Positions 22,954-37,410 are shown, counted from the stretch's first letter. The stretch: DNA of 64,000 nt from Phoronis australis (GCA_002633005.1 NMRA01000240.1:62001-126000); one strand, 5' to 3'. The notes: generated by a model from the sequence alone, not told the origin. Numbers and translations are program-made.

Positions 22954-25900
22954 TTGCTTGTTATCGAATTATGGTGAAGTATTCATTAATGAATGCCTGG
23001 TTTTTGAAATTGGTTGTATTATCGGCTAAAATGTTAAAAGATGAGTATGCTATAATGACTCTCCGCCTTACGTAGTTTTGATTTTTTAAAATGATCATCA
23101 GTATAGGTATTCTTAATTTTAAATTTCACTTTCTGCTGCGGCAAGGGGGCCTGAGGAAGGGCATGCTGCATCTCCAGGTGTTTCTAGTGATGACTCTCCA
23201 CTCTCATGTAGGTAAAGATGACCACTGCTGTCAGTCTCTGTTGACCATATATCATTTGCAGAGTGTTCACCATAAAATGACAATATTCAGGGAATGTCAG
23301 GTGACTGACAGTTGAAGTTGAGCGCTCATTCTTGGAGTGATAAAAATAATTCTGAAAACATGTACTTAGAAAATGCAGAATCCAGAAGGTTGTCTTGAAA
23401 TGATGGACTTCATTTATCTATTTTTGCAACAATTTCCCCTGAGGTAACTTCGAAAACTGTGACAAAAATATATAAAGAAAGCAGGTCTTGACAACTCCAT
23501 ATAAACGAGGGGAAGCAATCCATTATGACACCTCTAAACAGAAATACTTAATATAGGTTGACTCCAGTCCCGGGACCGTATTAGGGTACTCGACCACTGG
23601 TGAACTTGTGTTCACTGTGTTTGAAAGATTTATTGTCCACGCGTGGAGTTCAGAGCTGCAGGTCTGAAGATTTGTAGTGCAGTTTGTGTGTCTGCTCCTC
23701 TGGGAATATAAAGAACATCGTTGCTGGAATTTAGAGATGCGATCATGGAATTTATTTCCCAGTAGTTATCAAAAAACTCAGGCCCCTTTGCCTGAACTTT
23801 GAGGGTGTCACAAGAATGCCTGACTGTCAAGTCTTGAGTTTTGTTGTTGGCTGCTTCAATCTTGTCTTCCGCACCCATAGTAGAAACTGCCAAGTCGGAG
23901 CTAAATCGGACCACTTATAGGAATGGTGGTACTGTTGGGGCACATAAAGAATGGGTGGAAACAATTGCGTGACTGCATATTAAAAAGCAGTTAATTCCTT
24001 TAAACTCCAGGCTTGGACCTGTTACAAATCCCCAGACTTTTCCCCGTAAATCCACTTGTGCACAAAAAAATCTCGCCCAGCCATCGAATCCAGTCCAAGT
24101 GATTAGATTCCATGGCTGCAGCTCAAGTATGTTGCTGGAATCTAAAGTGCGGCCATGAAACCTGTTCTATGATACTGAAATTTTGGTTATTGTGTACGAA
24201 GCATTTACGATGCTTGGGTGTAGTTCAGCTGGGTGGTTTGGGAATTCTCACCGGGTTGGGTGCTTGCTGGTCTGTGTGGAGTTTCGAAATGCGGTCATGG
24301 AATTGTTTTCAACAATCGATAAGTTGTGCTCCCACTTATGGTTATTGAAGGACATATAATTCACGAAGTAAACCCAAGAAAGCTTTCTAATTGTCAAATT
24401 TGGGTGAACTGTGATCTTCCCTGTTAAAATGTTTTGGTCTAATTTTATTTCAGACGCCTACACCAAATTGGATGCGGAAGCGTTTGAATTTTCGATATTA
24501 GAACGTTAGTACTGAAATCTATGAAATAAAGGCTAAGAATTTCCGAAGGTGTGAGGGATTCCCTGTGTAATGATAGTGAGAAAAGTGGTCCAAAGTGTAG
24601 CCTGTGCAGTGTCTACATCTCATCTGGTCCAACTTTCTTAAGAGTAGCGGGCAGCCGAACAAATATCAAGCTTTTTTCACAGCTCCAAGTTTAAGTCAAA
24701 CGTGAAGGAGTTATCGTAGATGCAACTGAAACAAATGGTCGACGGAGGAAATGAGGGAATTAGGAGTAATGTACCTGATTATATATGGACATGGAGAAAA
24801 CTTGTTCGACATGATGAGGGAAAAAGTTGACAAACTTTCAGTTGTGAACTTGAAATTTGTAAACTGCTGAGTGTAGACAGTAAGTTTTTTAAGCCTAAAT
24901 CTAAATACTGTGACAGATCACTTGACTGATAAAAGTCTAGAATATACATGTATTTTTAAAGGCATATTCAGTTATCCATAAGCAAGAACCGACTGGAGGT
25001 TGGGTGGGGTTGCACTACGCGATATTTGTGGAAGCCGAGACTGTGAAATCATTGGCGACCAGGGTGCCAGGGATGCTGTCGTTTTCCTTCCCCAGTATGG
25101 GATTTTCTAGCTATACCAGTGTGTTTCCGAACTACTATAATTTCACTCAATTTGTGTAAATTCCAATCGCAATATTTGACCTGGCTAATTGGTCTCTCAA
25201 TCTTATTTCTAATGTTAAACTCTTCAAAGAGTCAATGTCTTTCTGAGAATACTATAACTTTTTTAGAAATACTGAAAGTTGTAAATTGTTCTAAGGATAT
25301 TGTTACTACTAGACAGACATTCACAATGCTATACACTAGTAGACTGTTTCACAGCATTACGATCGTCATAGGTCATCTAAATTGTGAGTAAATCTCCCAA
25401 TCTTTCTATCGTCAAACACGATTCAAATGTACATTGAATTTTTCCCTATGTGACCCCATTTCAGTAATCTAGTGTGAGGTATAGCAGTAAGAACACGCCG
25501 TCATAGTTTGCTTGATACTAATTTTAAGAGCAGCATTTGTTTTATTTCGTAATCATTTCCCATTACAGAACTTACACACTCATAGTTGTCAGCATGTACA
25601 ATTATTGCCTGTTTGCCTTCAAATGGAAAAATAATAATGGATGCTGGAAAAGTTTTACAGTAATTACATATGATATGAAAAAACTCAAATACTGTATGCA
25701 AAGTTCTTATTGACAGAAGTTCAAGTAACTAAAAAAAGTAATGTGCCGCTTCTGTTGATGGGAAACACTGGTTATAAATTGAGATTTCCTGCTAAATTGA
25801 AAACGAGAGCCCATTCCAAGGATATACAGATCGTGTGTTCTACGTGGGGTATAGCCACAAACTCCAGTTCAAGCCGACTTTTCCATTATAAAAAATTGGG

Positions 25901-28900
25901 CATGACAAATTTCATTGTGGGTACTCCAGTGTCTTATTAAAGCGTTGAAAATTAAGTTTTTGGTGCCATTTGGGAGTACTACATGTACAAAAATCATTTT
26001 TTACTTTTAAATACAACTTTTTCAAATTCCTGGGTTTCCCAAAAAGATTGTTGATTACAAAAGTTGTGTAACTGAATCTTCTGCATAGAAAGTGACTGTC
26101 CTAGACTCAGCGATTTGCACTGAACTGCCTTATACACGTCTCCTTATTGAGAGTTATGTGAAGAAACATTTTATTTTACACACATCGAGGCATCAAATCT
26201 AAATTGCATAATAAGCCCGCCCTTTAGTACTTTTACTCCAATGCCATTTCCGTGCTGAATGTTATCAGAATACAAACACAATCGGAATTTTCGTCCACTA
26301 AGCAAATCGACTGTCGGGACCCATTAATGATCGGGAGTTTCAATTCAAAACTGCCTAGTTTATTCATTGTATCTGGAAGAGCTGTTTCACGCATAGTAAA
26401 CACAACAATGTAATATCAACTTGGCTAATTATTACATAAATACCTGACATAAATAGAGCCACACGATCACAGACGTGAACGACTCTACTCGTTTTGGTGA
26501 ATTCATGCAAAAACACTTTTAGGATTTTTTAAAATAACGTTTTCCTTCATTGTTGGATATCCTAAATAAAACTCCATTGTCAAAATCCGTGCATTTTAAC
26601 ATGCCTCCGCCGACATCTGCAGCTTTTCTCAGATGATACAGGGATGTATTTGCATTCAAGGTCTTTTTAACGTAGAGTGTAAATATTAATCTGTTGGTAC
26701 ACTGCTGGTTAATGAGTGGCTGAGTTTAATGAGCTCTACAGCTCATTGCCTTCTACTTAATTCAGCTCAACATTTGTGAGAGTAAGGGACGCACAGAAGC
26801 GTACAACGTCAAATATAACTACGGTGTATACTTTCGCATTGTGTTTGCAATGAAATGTGTACACATTTACGAATAGATTACTGAGATGCAACAAATTTTG
26901 GATCACAAGTTTTCCAGCAAAAGGTAATTAAATCTACGTTGGACTTAAAAGTGTAAATTATTGTCCCGTTCAACAGCTAAGACGAACATCGATTGTTCAA
27001 AAGGTGGGACGAAATGCAATTCAAATTCGGTGTGTGAGCCAAGTAAGAGAAAATGTCAATGTCTTGGAGGATACCAGCAGGTCAACAACGAATGTAAACG
27101 TACGTAAGACGTATTTGTATTGACGAAGTGTCGAACATGGTAGTAGTAGTTGTATCGAGACATCGTGTTTCCTCTTTCACATGCCCGCAAACATGCAATT
27201 CCTTCAAGATGTGATTTGAAAAAGTTCCAAATTATTGGTTGCTCAGATACGAAAAGATTTCTGAGGTGCGCAAAGAACTCACGGATCGCTATTTCTTGAA
27301 ACCATGTTTGACATAAATGTGACACGCCGCGATAAGTCATTTAGTAGATGGATAGGTCAACAATAACGAAATGTCAGTTCATGAAAGACCTAAATCATTT
27401 CCAATTTGAGTAAGGATATGTTGAGATCAATTTCCTAATGATAAGTGGTTTAAAACTAATATTTTTGGGGACAAATAAAACAACACAAGAGTAATATGTA
27501 CATGTATATATTTTAGGTTGTGCTAGGTGGGAATTTCTGGGTCACAGTTCTACAGATAATTATTTCACAGAAGGTACCAAATGGGTACCTTAGTTACATG
27601 AGATAACACACACATTTGCGATACCCAATGTGTAATTGAGTATCGGAAACCAAGTGGCACAGTTTAGTATAGTACCAAATGGGCACACAATACAAAATGG
27701 GTATTGTTCGATTGCCTACCAAGTGGGTCGAGCAAAACGGCAAATACAATAATAAGTAATAAATGGGTACACACTGCCAAATGGGCAAATATCAAATAAA
27801 GTACCAAGTTGGTACACCAAACAGCCAACTGGGCTATAACAACCTGGCAAAGCAGGTTCCGGACAAGCTGAGCGACCAGACCAGCCGGAGTGATAAAAAA
27901 TATATTGTAAGGAACGTAGTGTTGTGGCCCAGACTGTGCTGAGATTGGGACCCGGGTGGAGAGAGTCAATCCATAGTGACAGACGCCCGAGTGCAGGTCT
28001 GGTCGTTAACCTATGAAGTCTTTTCTCGCTTGACGTCAACACTCTCCGAGCTTGAAGGAGGTACCAGCAGTGACTGTAGTAACAACAATAACCAGCAGCA
28101 GATTTTGTTCAACACAGGGTAAGGATGGTAGGCTAGGTATCAAAATTGTTTACTTGCAGGATATTTTGTTTAAGCCAGGGTAGGGAGGAAAAACCTACGA
28201 GTGAATGTAGTGTTGCTTGAGGCTGGGCCAACAGGAAGCTGGAGAGAAAGAGCAATCAGCGCTACTATCGGACTATATAGGGACTAACTTGGAGTTGGAT
28301 ATGAAGCTTGAAGGACTGCAGAATAGTATTTGCCCAAATCATAGGATTTATGTCAGAGCGCCATCAATCGCATTATTTCTGTGATGGAACGGAGATTTAT
28401 AGCCACTTAAATGTAACATGCGTTCGTCAAGTAGATGTACTTATCCAAATATCTACGAAAATATAGATCTTAAGACCGTGAAAAAATGTAAATATTTTTT
28501 AAAAGTATGAAGGCAATAGAACTTGATTTTGGATGTTATGTCAGTCTGCCATGAATCAGGACACAAGAACATGTGCATTTAGTAAACTTTGATGAAAAAG
28601 AAGCAATACGTTCACAACAGAACGACGGTGTCAATAATAATTTTGTTTCATATTAGTGTCTAAGATGACATATCAAAAAACGCTGTTGCAGTTTTCTTAA
28701 CTCTCATTTCGTTTTTGTTTGATGCAACTTTATTATAATTATTTGATAAAATTCACAAAAAGTCTTGTTTTGGATCCTCTTTCATGCTAAAGGCAGACTT
28801 TTCAACGATAATTCAACAGACCTTTTGGAAACATAACACGTAGTACCTGAAAGTTCCATACGAATCGGGTGGGCCAATTCTGAGATATGATATTTCGAGG

Positions 28901-29042
28901 TTAGCCAAATTTGGTCATTTTCTAGAGTCCTATGTAACCTTAACGTTTTAATAGAGAGAAAACGTAAGACATAATATACGACAGCTTGCGTATTTTATTT
29001 ATCTGTGTAATTTAATATTCTTTAAATTTATTCTCTTTGCAG

Positions 29043-29168
29043 GCTACAATCAAATAAAGTGTGGGAATGGGAAGGGCACGAACTGTGATCACATACAATT
29101 GTCCTATTGTCGGTACGGAGAGTGTACCTGTAGAGGACGCCAGGTATTATATAAAGGCAAATGCAAAA
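29043..29168 (+). CDS. Exon 5: 6-Cys module 4
   Basis: ttctctttgcAG|..|GTaaga, 126 nt, phase 1-1: (G)YNQIKCGNGKGTNCDHIQLSYCRYGECTCRGRQVLYKGKCK. Confidence 0.87.
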
Positions 29169-29239
29169 GTAAGAACGCTGTCATAAGTTGTTTATGATAC
29201 AAATCACGGAGATAGTCATCATTTCATAGACTTTCGCGC

Positions 29240-29623
29240 ATGACATTTTTATGTACATTCACATTAACGTACTCTCTACCTAAGTTTAGTAGAAGTGGGC
29301 CATTGGTAGGCGATCGTGGAACTATTTCCGTGACAACGATAGCGCGCTTAAAGTGCGCTGTTTAAGATCACATTTTCACGCCTCTTCATGTTTTTAATCA
29401 CCTGGCTTAAGCCAGAGCAGACTTGCGTGTACAGTAGGTATGTATCATGGGAAAGTCATTCACCTACGCAATAACAGTATGACTTATGTTAAAAGCGCAA
29501 AAATACCTCTACTGCCACAGGTCGTGGGTCGAGGGGGTCGTGGGTCGAAGGTGTTGTGGGTCGAGGGGGTCGTGGGTCGAGGGGTGTGGGGGTCGATGGG
29601 GTAGAAGGTTCTTAGAACAATCC
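29240..29623 (-). mobile_element. Partial family-A TIR element
   Basis: GGGTCGT array ending ..TTCTTAGAACAATCC; interior matches ~8370-8620. Confidence 0.7.
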
Positions 29624-29991
29624 AGTTTAGCCGATACGTTAAATTTTCCTTTAGAACGAGATTCTGAACGACGCGCACCAATTCACTGGTACTTTTTAAG
29701 AACGGCCGAGTTATTCATCAGCAAATTAAAAAAGATGATAATTCGTTTTTGATGGAACTCTCCCCTTACACAAGCTCTCTATATGAGTGACCCGATGATG
29801 CAGCTACTGCCAAGAACACGTGGCGCAACCTCGAAAAGTATAGAAAAATGCTGTGAACAATTAATGCAGTGACTGTAATCGATAATCATTTGATATCCTT
29901 TATGGGAATACACGTCTTATAACTTTCGCATGTTTATACACGAGTTCTCAATGAAATTGTTTTTGAAATACGTGATATTTTGTGATTTCAG

Positions 29992-30123
29992 TTGATGAAT
30001 ACGTGTCATGTTCAGACGGCGGCAAAAAGTGTTTTACAGATGCTGGCTGTTCTGTCGACGAGATCGGTAAACGAGAATGCAAGTGTAAGAAGAATTTTCA
30101 AAGGAGCGGAGATAAGTGTGAAG
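29992..30123 (+). CDS. Exon 6: 6-Cys module 5
   Basis: gatttcAG|..|GTataa, 132 nt, phase 1-1: (I)DEYVSCSDGGKKCFTDAGCSVDEIGKRECKCKKNFQRSGDKCE. Confidence 0.85.
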
Positions 30124-30528
30124 GTATAATCGGTGACTAAGTGATTGCTTCATAATCTTCCAGCCACACGTCGCACAGAAGCAGATGAACGTTCTTATTT
30201 TCTCTGCAACATGTGTTATACTGCTGTCATGGTTTAATACAGGGTTTTGTAACAACGTTAAAATAAGAAGCATTGCTTAAATTGGAAGTTAAATCAGTAA
30301 CAATGTTAAGTCGCGGTGCAAAATGTGATTTAAGGAGTAGGATAGACAAACAGATTGGAGCTAGAATTTGGGTCATTGTGGCAGTTCCTTGTCTTACATT
30401 TTTAGACTCGATTATTCTTACGCCGCGTACAACAAAGACTTAAGATCACAAGTGATTTTTAATGCACTGTATTATATTGTCATGTATTCTCGTCCTTACT
30501 TTGTTTTACCAATTCCATGGTATATTAG

Positions 30529-30648
30529 CTTCGCAGCTTCTCCCATGTACAAACAACGGTGAATGTGCCGCATTACCAGAAAGCGAATGCATCAGTAACA
30601 AGTGCGCATGTAAAAAGGGATGGGTGCTGATAGAGGGGGAGTGCCGAG
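30529..30648 (+). CDS. Exon 7: 6-Cys module 6
   Basis: tatattAG|..|GTaagt, 120 nt, phase 1-1: (A)SQLLPCTNNGECAALPESECISNKCACKKGWVLIEGECR. Confidence 0.85.
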
Positions 30649-30682
30649 GTAAGTGTTGTTTGCATGAAATTCCATTTATCTA

Positions 30683-32041
30683 AGGTACGCAAAAGGTACC
30701 CGCTCTTCCAAAACCTTTACTACAAACAGATGGCGCTGGATGCAATGATGCTTTACTAACAGGCAGCGCTGCTCACAGTCATGTGACATTCTTGAATCTT
30801 GACCCAGCACCTTGACCTACATTTTACAGCTGCTGACGTCACATCGCTGTTGCAACATGATGAGCTCAGTGCTTCACTCTTTGTTTATACTGTCTACTCT
30901 TATTAATCATGGCCACCAACGTGTTTATAGTGCATGGTTCAGTTCCTTAAATAGAAACTATATAAGTTGAAACCACTCTCTTTTGCCTTAGTGTTTATCT
31001 AGAACATACATAAAATATTACAGACGTTTCTACTTGGTGAACCATCAGCTGCCGTGCCACCGTACGGCGGCCAGTCCGGTCTGCTGGACTGTTGTTGGCT
31101 AACGAGACACTGAATGAAAAAGAAAATATCGCAAGAGAATAAAACCTAACATGTATATAACCATGTATAATTCAAGCATAATTTAAAAAACATAGTGGTT
31201 ATATTTCAACCTAATTAAAATTATGGTTGTTGAGTTGCCAAAATCTCGCCGGGCGGATCAGTGGCCGGGCCCGATTTAGTAGCCACCTTAAAAGCTGGTG
31301 TGGTGACAACCAGGCTCATGCTTCCCAAAGGATTGCAACATTGTAGGCTGCAAATTGTAAGATAAATTTCACCTCACACACGTAGGTTTAGTTCGGCAAA
31401 AACTTCTGACAGAAAAATACCCGACAGAATGTTTAATGTACGTCAACTGGGGGAATTATCATAACAGTTAAAAGCGAATGATCAAAGCTCTTTATGCATT
31501 TTTGACAGAAAGGATCAATTTTGGCATGGTGAAATTTAGCATTCTATGGAGTTTATCGGGTGAACTTTCAAGTACTGACCAATAAGTTCGCTCAAAAACT
31601 AGGCGATTGAAGAGCAAAATCGGTTTATTTGACCAACATATATGTCGCCTCGCCATGGTCACATTCATTAAATATAAATTTTACCCCAGCGTTTAGACCG
31701 AGCAAACACAACAGCGTAAATTATTTAAACACTTTCATCTTAATTGTATGTCATAAATAGTTATTACAAAAGGGGTTTTAAACATGGAATGTCGGACACA
31801 AAAAGATTTCTTTTTCACACAAATTTGCCACTCATCAGGACATACACTTTCTGCTTCATGAACTTTCGTGACCTATGACAACAGTCAGCAGCAGCAGAAT
31901 GTAGGTCTATTTCCTTGGTCAACATTCCCTGGCAGTCTTATTTGAGATCCTTAGCGATCATATAAAATGACATGTGACTGATGAGAAGCGCCATCTGTTT
32001 GTCGTAAAGGTTTTGGATGAGCGGGTACCTTTTGCCTACGG
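30683..32041. mobile_element. Non-autonomous TIR DNA transposon, Tc1/mariner-like (TA flanks)
   Basis: ~55-bp TIRs gta.gcaaaaggtacccgctc.tccaaaacctttac.acaaacagatggcgct at 30683-30737 and inverted at 31987-32041. TA on both sides; no transposase ORF inside. Confidence 0.85.
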
Positions 32042-32575
32042 TACAGTGTCCAGTTGAAGATACATGTAATTCCGCCCAGCAGGCATGATCGTTGCATTGA
32101 ACCGTTCCTTCAGAAACAAAATGTTCTTTGTAATATTTGATATTTTGTGACTCCAGGCATAACCGTTTCTGCGCGATTAAAAAGAAGAGAAAAACATCTA
32201 TACGTTCACGATATCAGGGCCCGGTCTGTAATCTCCGTACTCAGACTCATACTCAAAATAGTGCTCACTGGAGTCGTACTCAAAAAAGCGTATCTAATGT
32301 GGCATTTCGAGTAGACTCCAAACGTACTCAAATCCGACACTCATACTCGAGTTGCTATGGAATTCTTTATCATGTGAAAGGCAAAACCACGCTAAGTCGC
32401 GCTGATTCATCGCTCCCTATTGGCATAGACCACCCCAGCAAATACATTATCGTCTGCTGTCGCTACAACTACAAGAGTAGGCCTTTAACGTGGAATTCTG
32501 AGTGTTCTGTAACTGTTATTCATTTTTTTCAGTTTCAATACAATATTCTTATACCAGTTATTTAAAACATTTGAC

Positions 32576-34666
32576 AATTGACCTATCGCAAGCTCCGCCC
32601 TATGCGAGAAGTCACGTGATACCCGACAATCGAACGAGATGTCAGTGGCAAATACACTGTCGCTAAACGACGTTCCTGGTGACATCGATGAGTGTTTTTG
32701 CACTATTTGAAAACGCTTCGACAGAGACAAGAGGCGATGCTTTTCAACAGAGAATCGTACGTTCATGATATAGGAATTTGTAAAGGTGACGATGAAAAAA
32801 TAAATGCTCGAGGAGCCAGCGAAAATCCGAAGAACCCCTCGGCCTCGTGGCCACCTTCACCTGACAAATGACAAAGCCACTGATACGATATGTTCATGTA
32901 AGGCTAGGTATGTACCTTAAAGTCGAATTATCTGTACGATTCCATAGATTTCATGATCTTACGAATATAATCAGTTAAGATTCACCGACATTTTTATTCT
33001 GTCGTCTGCTAAATTTCGCCAAATGAAAAGTAGGTCACAACTGGTGGGACTCTTGGAGTAAAGTAGGTCATAGATTACAGACAACACATGCACTATAGTC
33101 TCTGACTAGGTCGACTCGATAGCAATGTTTACACTTTTCTAACCTTGTAACGAAATATTTTGATCAAAAAATTCAGGTTCATAGCTCAGGTACACATTCA
33201 TCTCGTCCTAGGCAAATAGTTAGCTCCGATATGTCTAGGGCTGTGTCTAAGTCAAATTAAGGTCTGGATTTCAGTGGCGGATCTAGGATACCACAGGGGG
33301 GCCCAAAAGATGTTGCCTCGTGGAATTGGGCAAAGTGGGATTGTATGTGCCCAGGCGGCGAGAAAGTTGCAGGGGCCAGGGATGTACACCGTTGGACCTT
33401 CTGTTCAGAAAATCTATCGGTGGACTAAAAAAAACAGGAACACGATTCCGCCGCGTCTGAGCCCCCTATTTCCGCTATCGGTCCCAGTTACTGAAATCAA
33501 TATTTCCTCACGCTTCATGCTCTTGCTGTTTCATTTTACTTCCTGCAGGCAAGGGGGGGGGGGGTGGGCTGGTGCCCCTGCCCCGCCCCTAAATCCGCCT
33601 ATGAAGTTGTTCGTTTGCACCATTCAGACATTTAAATTAGGCCTACCTTCTTATGAACTTGACATTTTTTGTAGTTTCATTCCATAAAGGTAGCTTTCAT
33701 TTAATTTTGAAGGTAGCATGATCACTAAGTCGTGGTATGGTTAGAAAAGATTACAAGTCTGGTGTCGTAGTTGCAAAAATAGGGTACTTACAAAAATAAC
33801 TCAAATTCTTTTTTAAAGCTTCATAAATCTAAATATCATGTTTGAACAACTTCAAAATGAGCTCTCTCTAACTCTACAGACATACTGTATGCTAGAGGTA
33901 CACGTCAAAAAGTAATTCGACAGTTTATTTTTAGTGACAACAGCTCGACCAAGGCTTTGAGTTCCGGCAGTAATCCAGTGCTCTTCCCTGTGCCGATCGA
34001 ATCTCTGAATTTTGACCGGGAGAGAAGTTAGGTTGAACGCCAGCCTACCGTTTATGAATAACAAAAAATGTACCTCTGATACGAAACAAAATAATGTCCA
34101 TTAGGTTGAATTAAATGAAAAAAATTAAAATAAAAATGTCCTTGAAAACGACAATTTTCGGGGTCTACCACTAGAGTGTTGAGATCTAGCAAGTGCCGAG
34201 ACAAAGGCGGCCAGACGTAGGAAACTCGGGAGTTAAAATCTGAGATAGCCCTGCACCATAGCCACCAAGCTGAAAAGTGCGTTTCTTGGAACTAATATAT
34301 TTGTGTTTATTACAGCCTTCGAGTTATCAAGCAACATCGCTAAGTTCAGCTGTTCATGTGGCCGTACAGTTTGATCCGTAGTTTACGCTTTTCAACATCA
34401 TTTTTCTGCTTAGGACATGCCAAAAATGACGGGGTATTATTCTGGAGCAGCATAATGGCTCTCGGTGCTACAAACGCCATATCAACACCGTTTCCCATTC
34501 TTAGCGGACAATTTCTTGAGCTATAGACTAAGGTAAGTTTTACTCGACTACGTGTGCTTTGTCGGGTAAAATGGCGGCTTGGAAACGCAGACGAAGGTGT
34601 GCCAAGAATGCTGCGTTCTGATTGGTCAATTAAGCCGTCGGTCATAATCCTGGCGATAGGTCAATT
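32576..34666 (+). mobile_element. Non-autonomous TIR element (family B, ~2.1 kb)
   Basis: Perfect 14-bp inverted ends AATTGACCTATCGC (32576-32589) / GCGATAGGTCAATT (34653-34666). A second, inverted partial copy lies at ~54650-55695. Confidence 0.7.
33272..33603. mobile_element. CAGTGGCGGAT-type MITE inserted in the family-B element
   Basis: Termini CAGTGGCGGATCTAGG / CCTAAATCCGCCTATG. The segment is absent from the paralogous copy at ~55040-55060. Confidence 0.75.
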
Positions 34667-36919
34667 ATTAAGCTTTACTTCTTGTGTTCCTCTTTTTTTC
34701 GAAAATATCTTAATACATTTGTTACAGCTTATCACATGAAAGAACCCCTGTTCTCTCTTGCCAATTTAGTATTGACACAGAACCCATTGCTGTGTAGGCC
34801 TACGCTGATGTCAAAACTTTGATACTGTATCTTTGTATTTTACCGGGATATATCAAGTTAGTTGTCATTTGGCGCATGAGTTTAAGTCCTTCTCTCAAAC
34901 TGCCCATGTGGTCCCACTATCCGAAAATACTTACTACATAAATTCTTATTTTCGACACCCTTTCTTTATATTCTTTTCGCCTTTCTTGCCAAAAGAGATT
35001 TTTTAACAGTATTTGACCCTTCTCTGTGAGCGTATTATTACCGGCTGTCATCGGTTATTTCCGGCTCATCAGTTCAGGAACTTGTCCTGAACGCCGCCAT
35101 TTTTTCCTTGTAACTGAATGTGCTATGGCTTGCTCGAAAAGTCTTCATTATTTTGTTTTATTAGTAATATCTCGTGATTCGTTTGCATCTGTAGTGTATT
35201 TATAGTTTGTAGTTAGTGGTCGTTGATTTTTTTTGGAATGTTATGCGTACTTAGTATGTTAAAATAGCATTGGTGTTTAGTTCCTTACGTAGGCCGGTCG
35301 AACCTAGGAACCAATATGGGTCGAACCAATTTTTTTTCGGTTTTATTTTTTTGTCGTTTTGAAAAAGTACTTTGCTATCATCGGAAAGGTAGTACATTCT
35401 ACTCACTAAAAATCGAAAAAGTATTAAAATCGGGGCAAGCAGTGTAAAGTTAGTACAAGTTTTGTGGCGAAATTTCGGTCACTTTGTTTGGATCTCGTCG
35501 GCCATATTGGAGGACAGCGGAACAAGTTACGAGTTTAAAACTTTGTGTAAATTGTTTTCGCCAACAAATTACAGTGAAATTTAGTTAGACATATCTTTAC
35601 TTACTATTCTGCACGATTTAACAGTGTTCACTAAATTTCAGCCTGGCAGTCGTTACTCATTAAGTGATAAATGTGCTCACAATTCCAGTTGGACTTCGTC
35701 TCATTTCTGGCGGCACCGACAACATGGCGACTTTTGCTGAACTGAAAGGCATGTTCAATCGGCTACTTTGTAATTTGTGAAGATTTAAAGTTGATACATT
35801 TTGACAAACTTTGCTACAAAAAGAAACTTTGTTTAATTTTCGTGTTTTTTGTGCAAAAGATAAGATATATTCGAATGATTTTACTGTAAATTTCCCATTC
35901 AGGTGATCTTACACTAAGCTAAAAAATAGTTGAAATAATTTTGAAATGGTTTTTTGTTTGACTGTCAACTGCTGTTCAAGATTTGATTCGGTGTCACAAA
36001 ACGATTCATATTTTTCTAAATTTTAAGTCTCAATTGCTTTCAATTCATGTTTTGTAACTTATTGCTTCTTATTTCAGGTTATCAAGTCAACAATATGAAT
36101 AATTTTAATTTGAGAAATAAGCTATGTTGGATTGTGAAGCTTCAAGTCTCTAATTCTTGTTCCTTGCAACTTCATATTTTTTTAAATGATGCTTGTCGAA
36201 TTCTGGTGTAAGGAAACACTATTCCGTCACCATGGTAATAGTTACATGTATGTCCACTTTCATATCATGGAAACTGTTGCTGTTGAATAGTGTTTGTAAT
36301 GCTAAATGTTGTAAAGTATTGTGCATTTTAAGTTACTTATTATGTTAAAAGTTTGAATCATTTTGGGTTAATGAATAAAAAATGATAACATGTTGCATTG
36401 GACTTGTCACACTTATGTGCTCGAACGAGCCCCCTTTTTGGAGAACTGGAAAAGGGTCTGCCTCACCTGAGTCACAGAAGCACGAATTCCGAAAAAGTAG
36501 AAAATGAGACAATATTCCACTAGAAGACAGGAAGTACAAAAATTTAGAGTCTGCAATTCATACCTCTGAACATACCCACTGAATCTTATAGTAAAAGGTA
36601 GACATTCCCAAAAATTCCAGTCCCCCATTCTTTTAGGCTTGGTGCGCTCCTAAGTCTGGGAAAATCTCAAAGCCAACAACTTTGTACAGTTCGCCAGAAG
36701 TACCCAAGTTCTAAATAAACCTCGGTTGAGCGAGCGCTGTGGCCAGCGACCAGTTAGGCCTAAGGGTAGCCTTGGCGCAAAGCTGTATAGGCCTACAATC
36801 AAGCTGTATTTTGACGATAGTCTTCACTGGTAGCTGGTGACTGAGGCTAACTAAGGTCTGCCGCGGCAGTGTGACACAGGACTAACCAGCACGTAATGTC
36901 ATGCAAGTGTCTGAAACTA

Positions 36920-37410
36920 CCCTTGAATATATGCAGCATTTATGATTTGACCATTTTACTTCGACAAAACAGCTTGCAACCGCATGCATTTACCGTTGGC
37001 CAGTGTCTGGTCTTGATCCGCACCGGGTCGATAGGCTGCGGTCCTGAGTCTGGCAAAATAATTTCTGTCAAAATTTATCCGCCACATTTCTTCAGCAAAT
37101 TCAAAAAAATTGTCCGTAGTTTGATTTTATTAAAATGAAGGCGCGCTGTCGATTATTTTATCCCCGTTTGCTGGCTGGTAACAGTACAGGCACTGCTCCA
37201 GTCGCACTGACGGCGTTTTCTCGGCCTGGGATCCTCAATGAATTGTACTTCCGGGTTCGCGGCATGTGCAAAATGGCGGTGGTTCTTCGGGTGCGAATCG
37301 TGAGTGGCGCGTTCATTTAAACTTTTTTCGAGTACGGATCGTGTATTAATTATGGGGTAGGTACTTCTTAGATCCTTATAACATCCTCTAACCATGTAAT
37401 AAGGGTTAAC
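36920..37410 (+). repeat. Dispersed repeat (pair with ~49370-49860)
   Basis: Shared ggcaaaataatttctgtcaaaattt, gcgctgtcgattattttatccccgttt, aaaatggcgg..cttcgggt..gaatcgtgag. Confidence 0.8.

Noticed and set aside
23630-24350. Minus-strand coding-like stretch (94-aa ORF and neighbours)
   Set aside because: No recognisable motif or splice structure; cannot be supported.
25100-25400. LINE C-terminal-like peptide TRQTFTMLYTSRLFHSITIVIGHLN
   Set aside because: Similarity too weak to call without a search.
26766-26924. Candidate Cys-module exon with AG..GT bounds
   Set aside because: Stops in all three frames and no six-Cys pattern.
27906-28418. Possible solo LTR (TGTAAG...GTAACA)
   Set aside because: No target-site duplication or partner copy visible.
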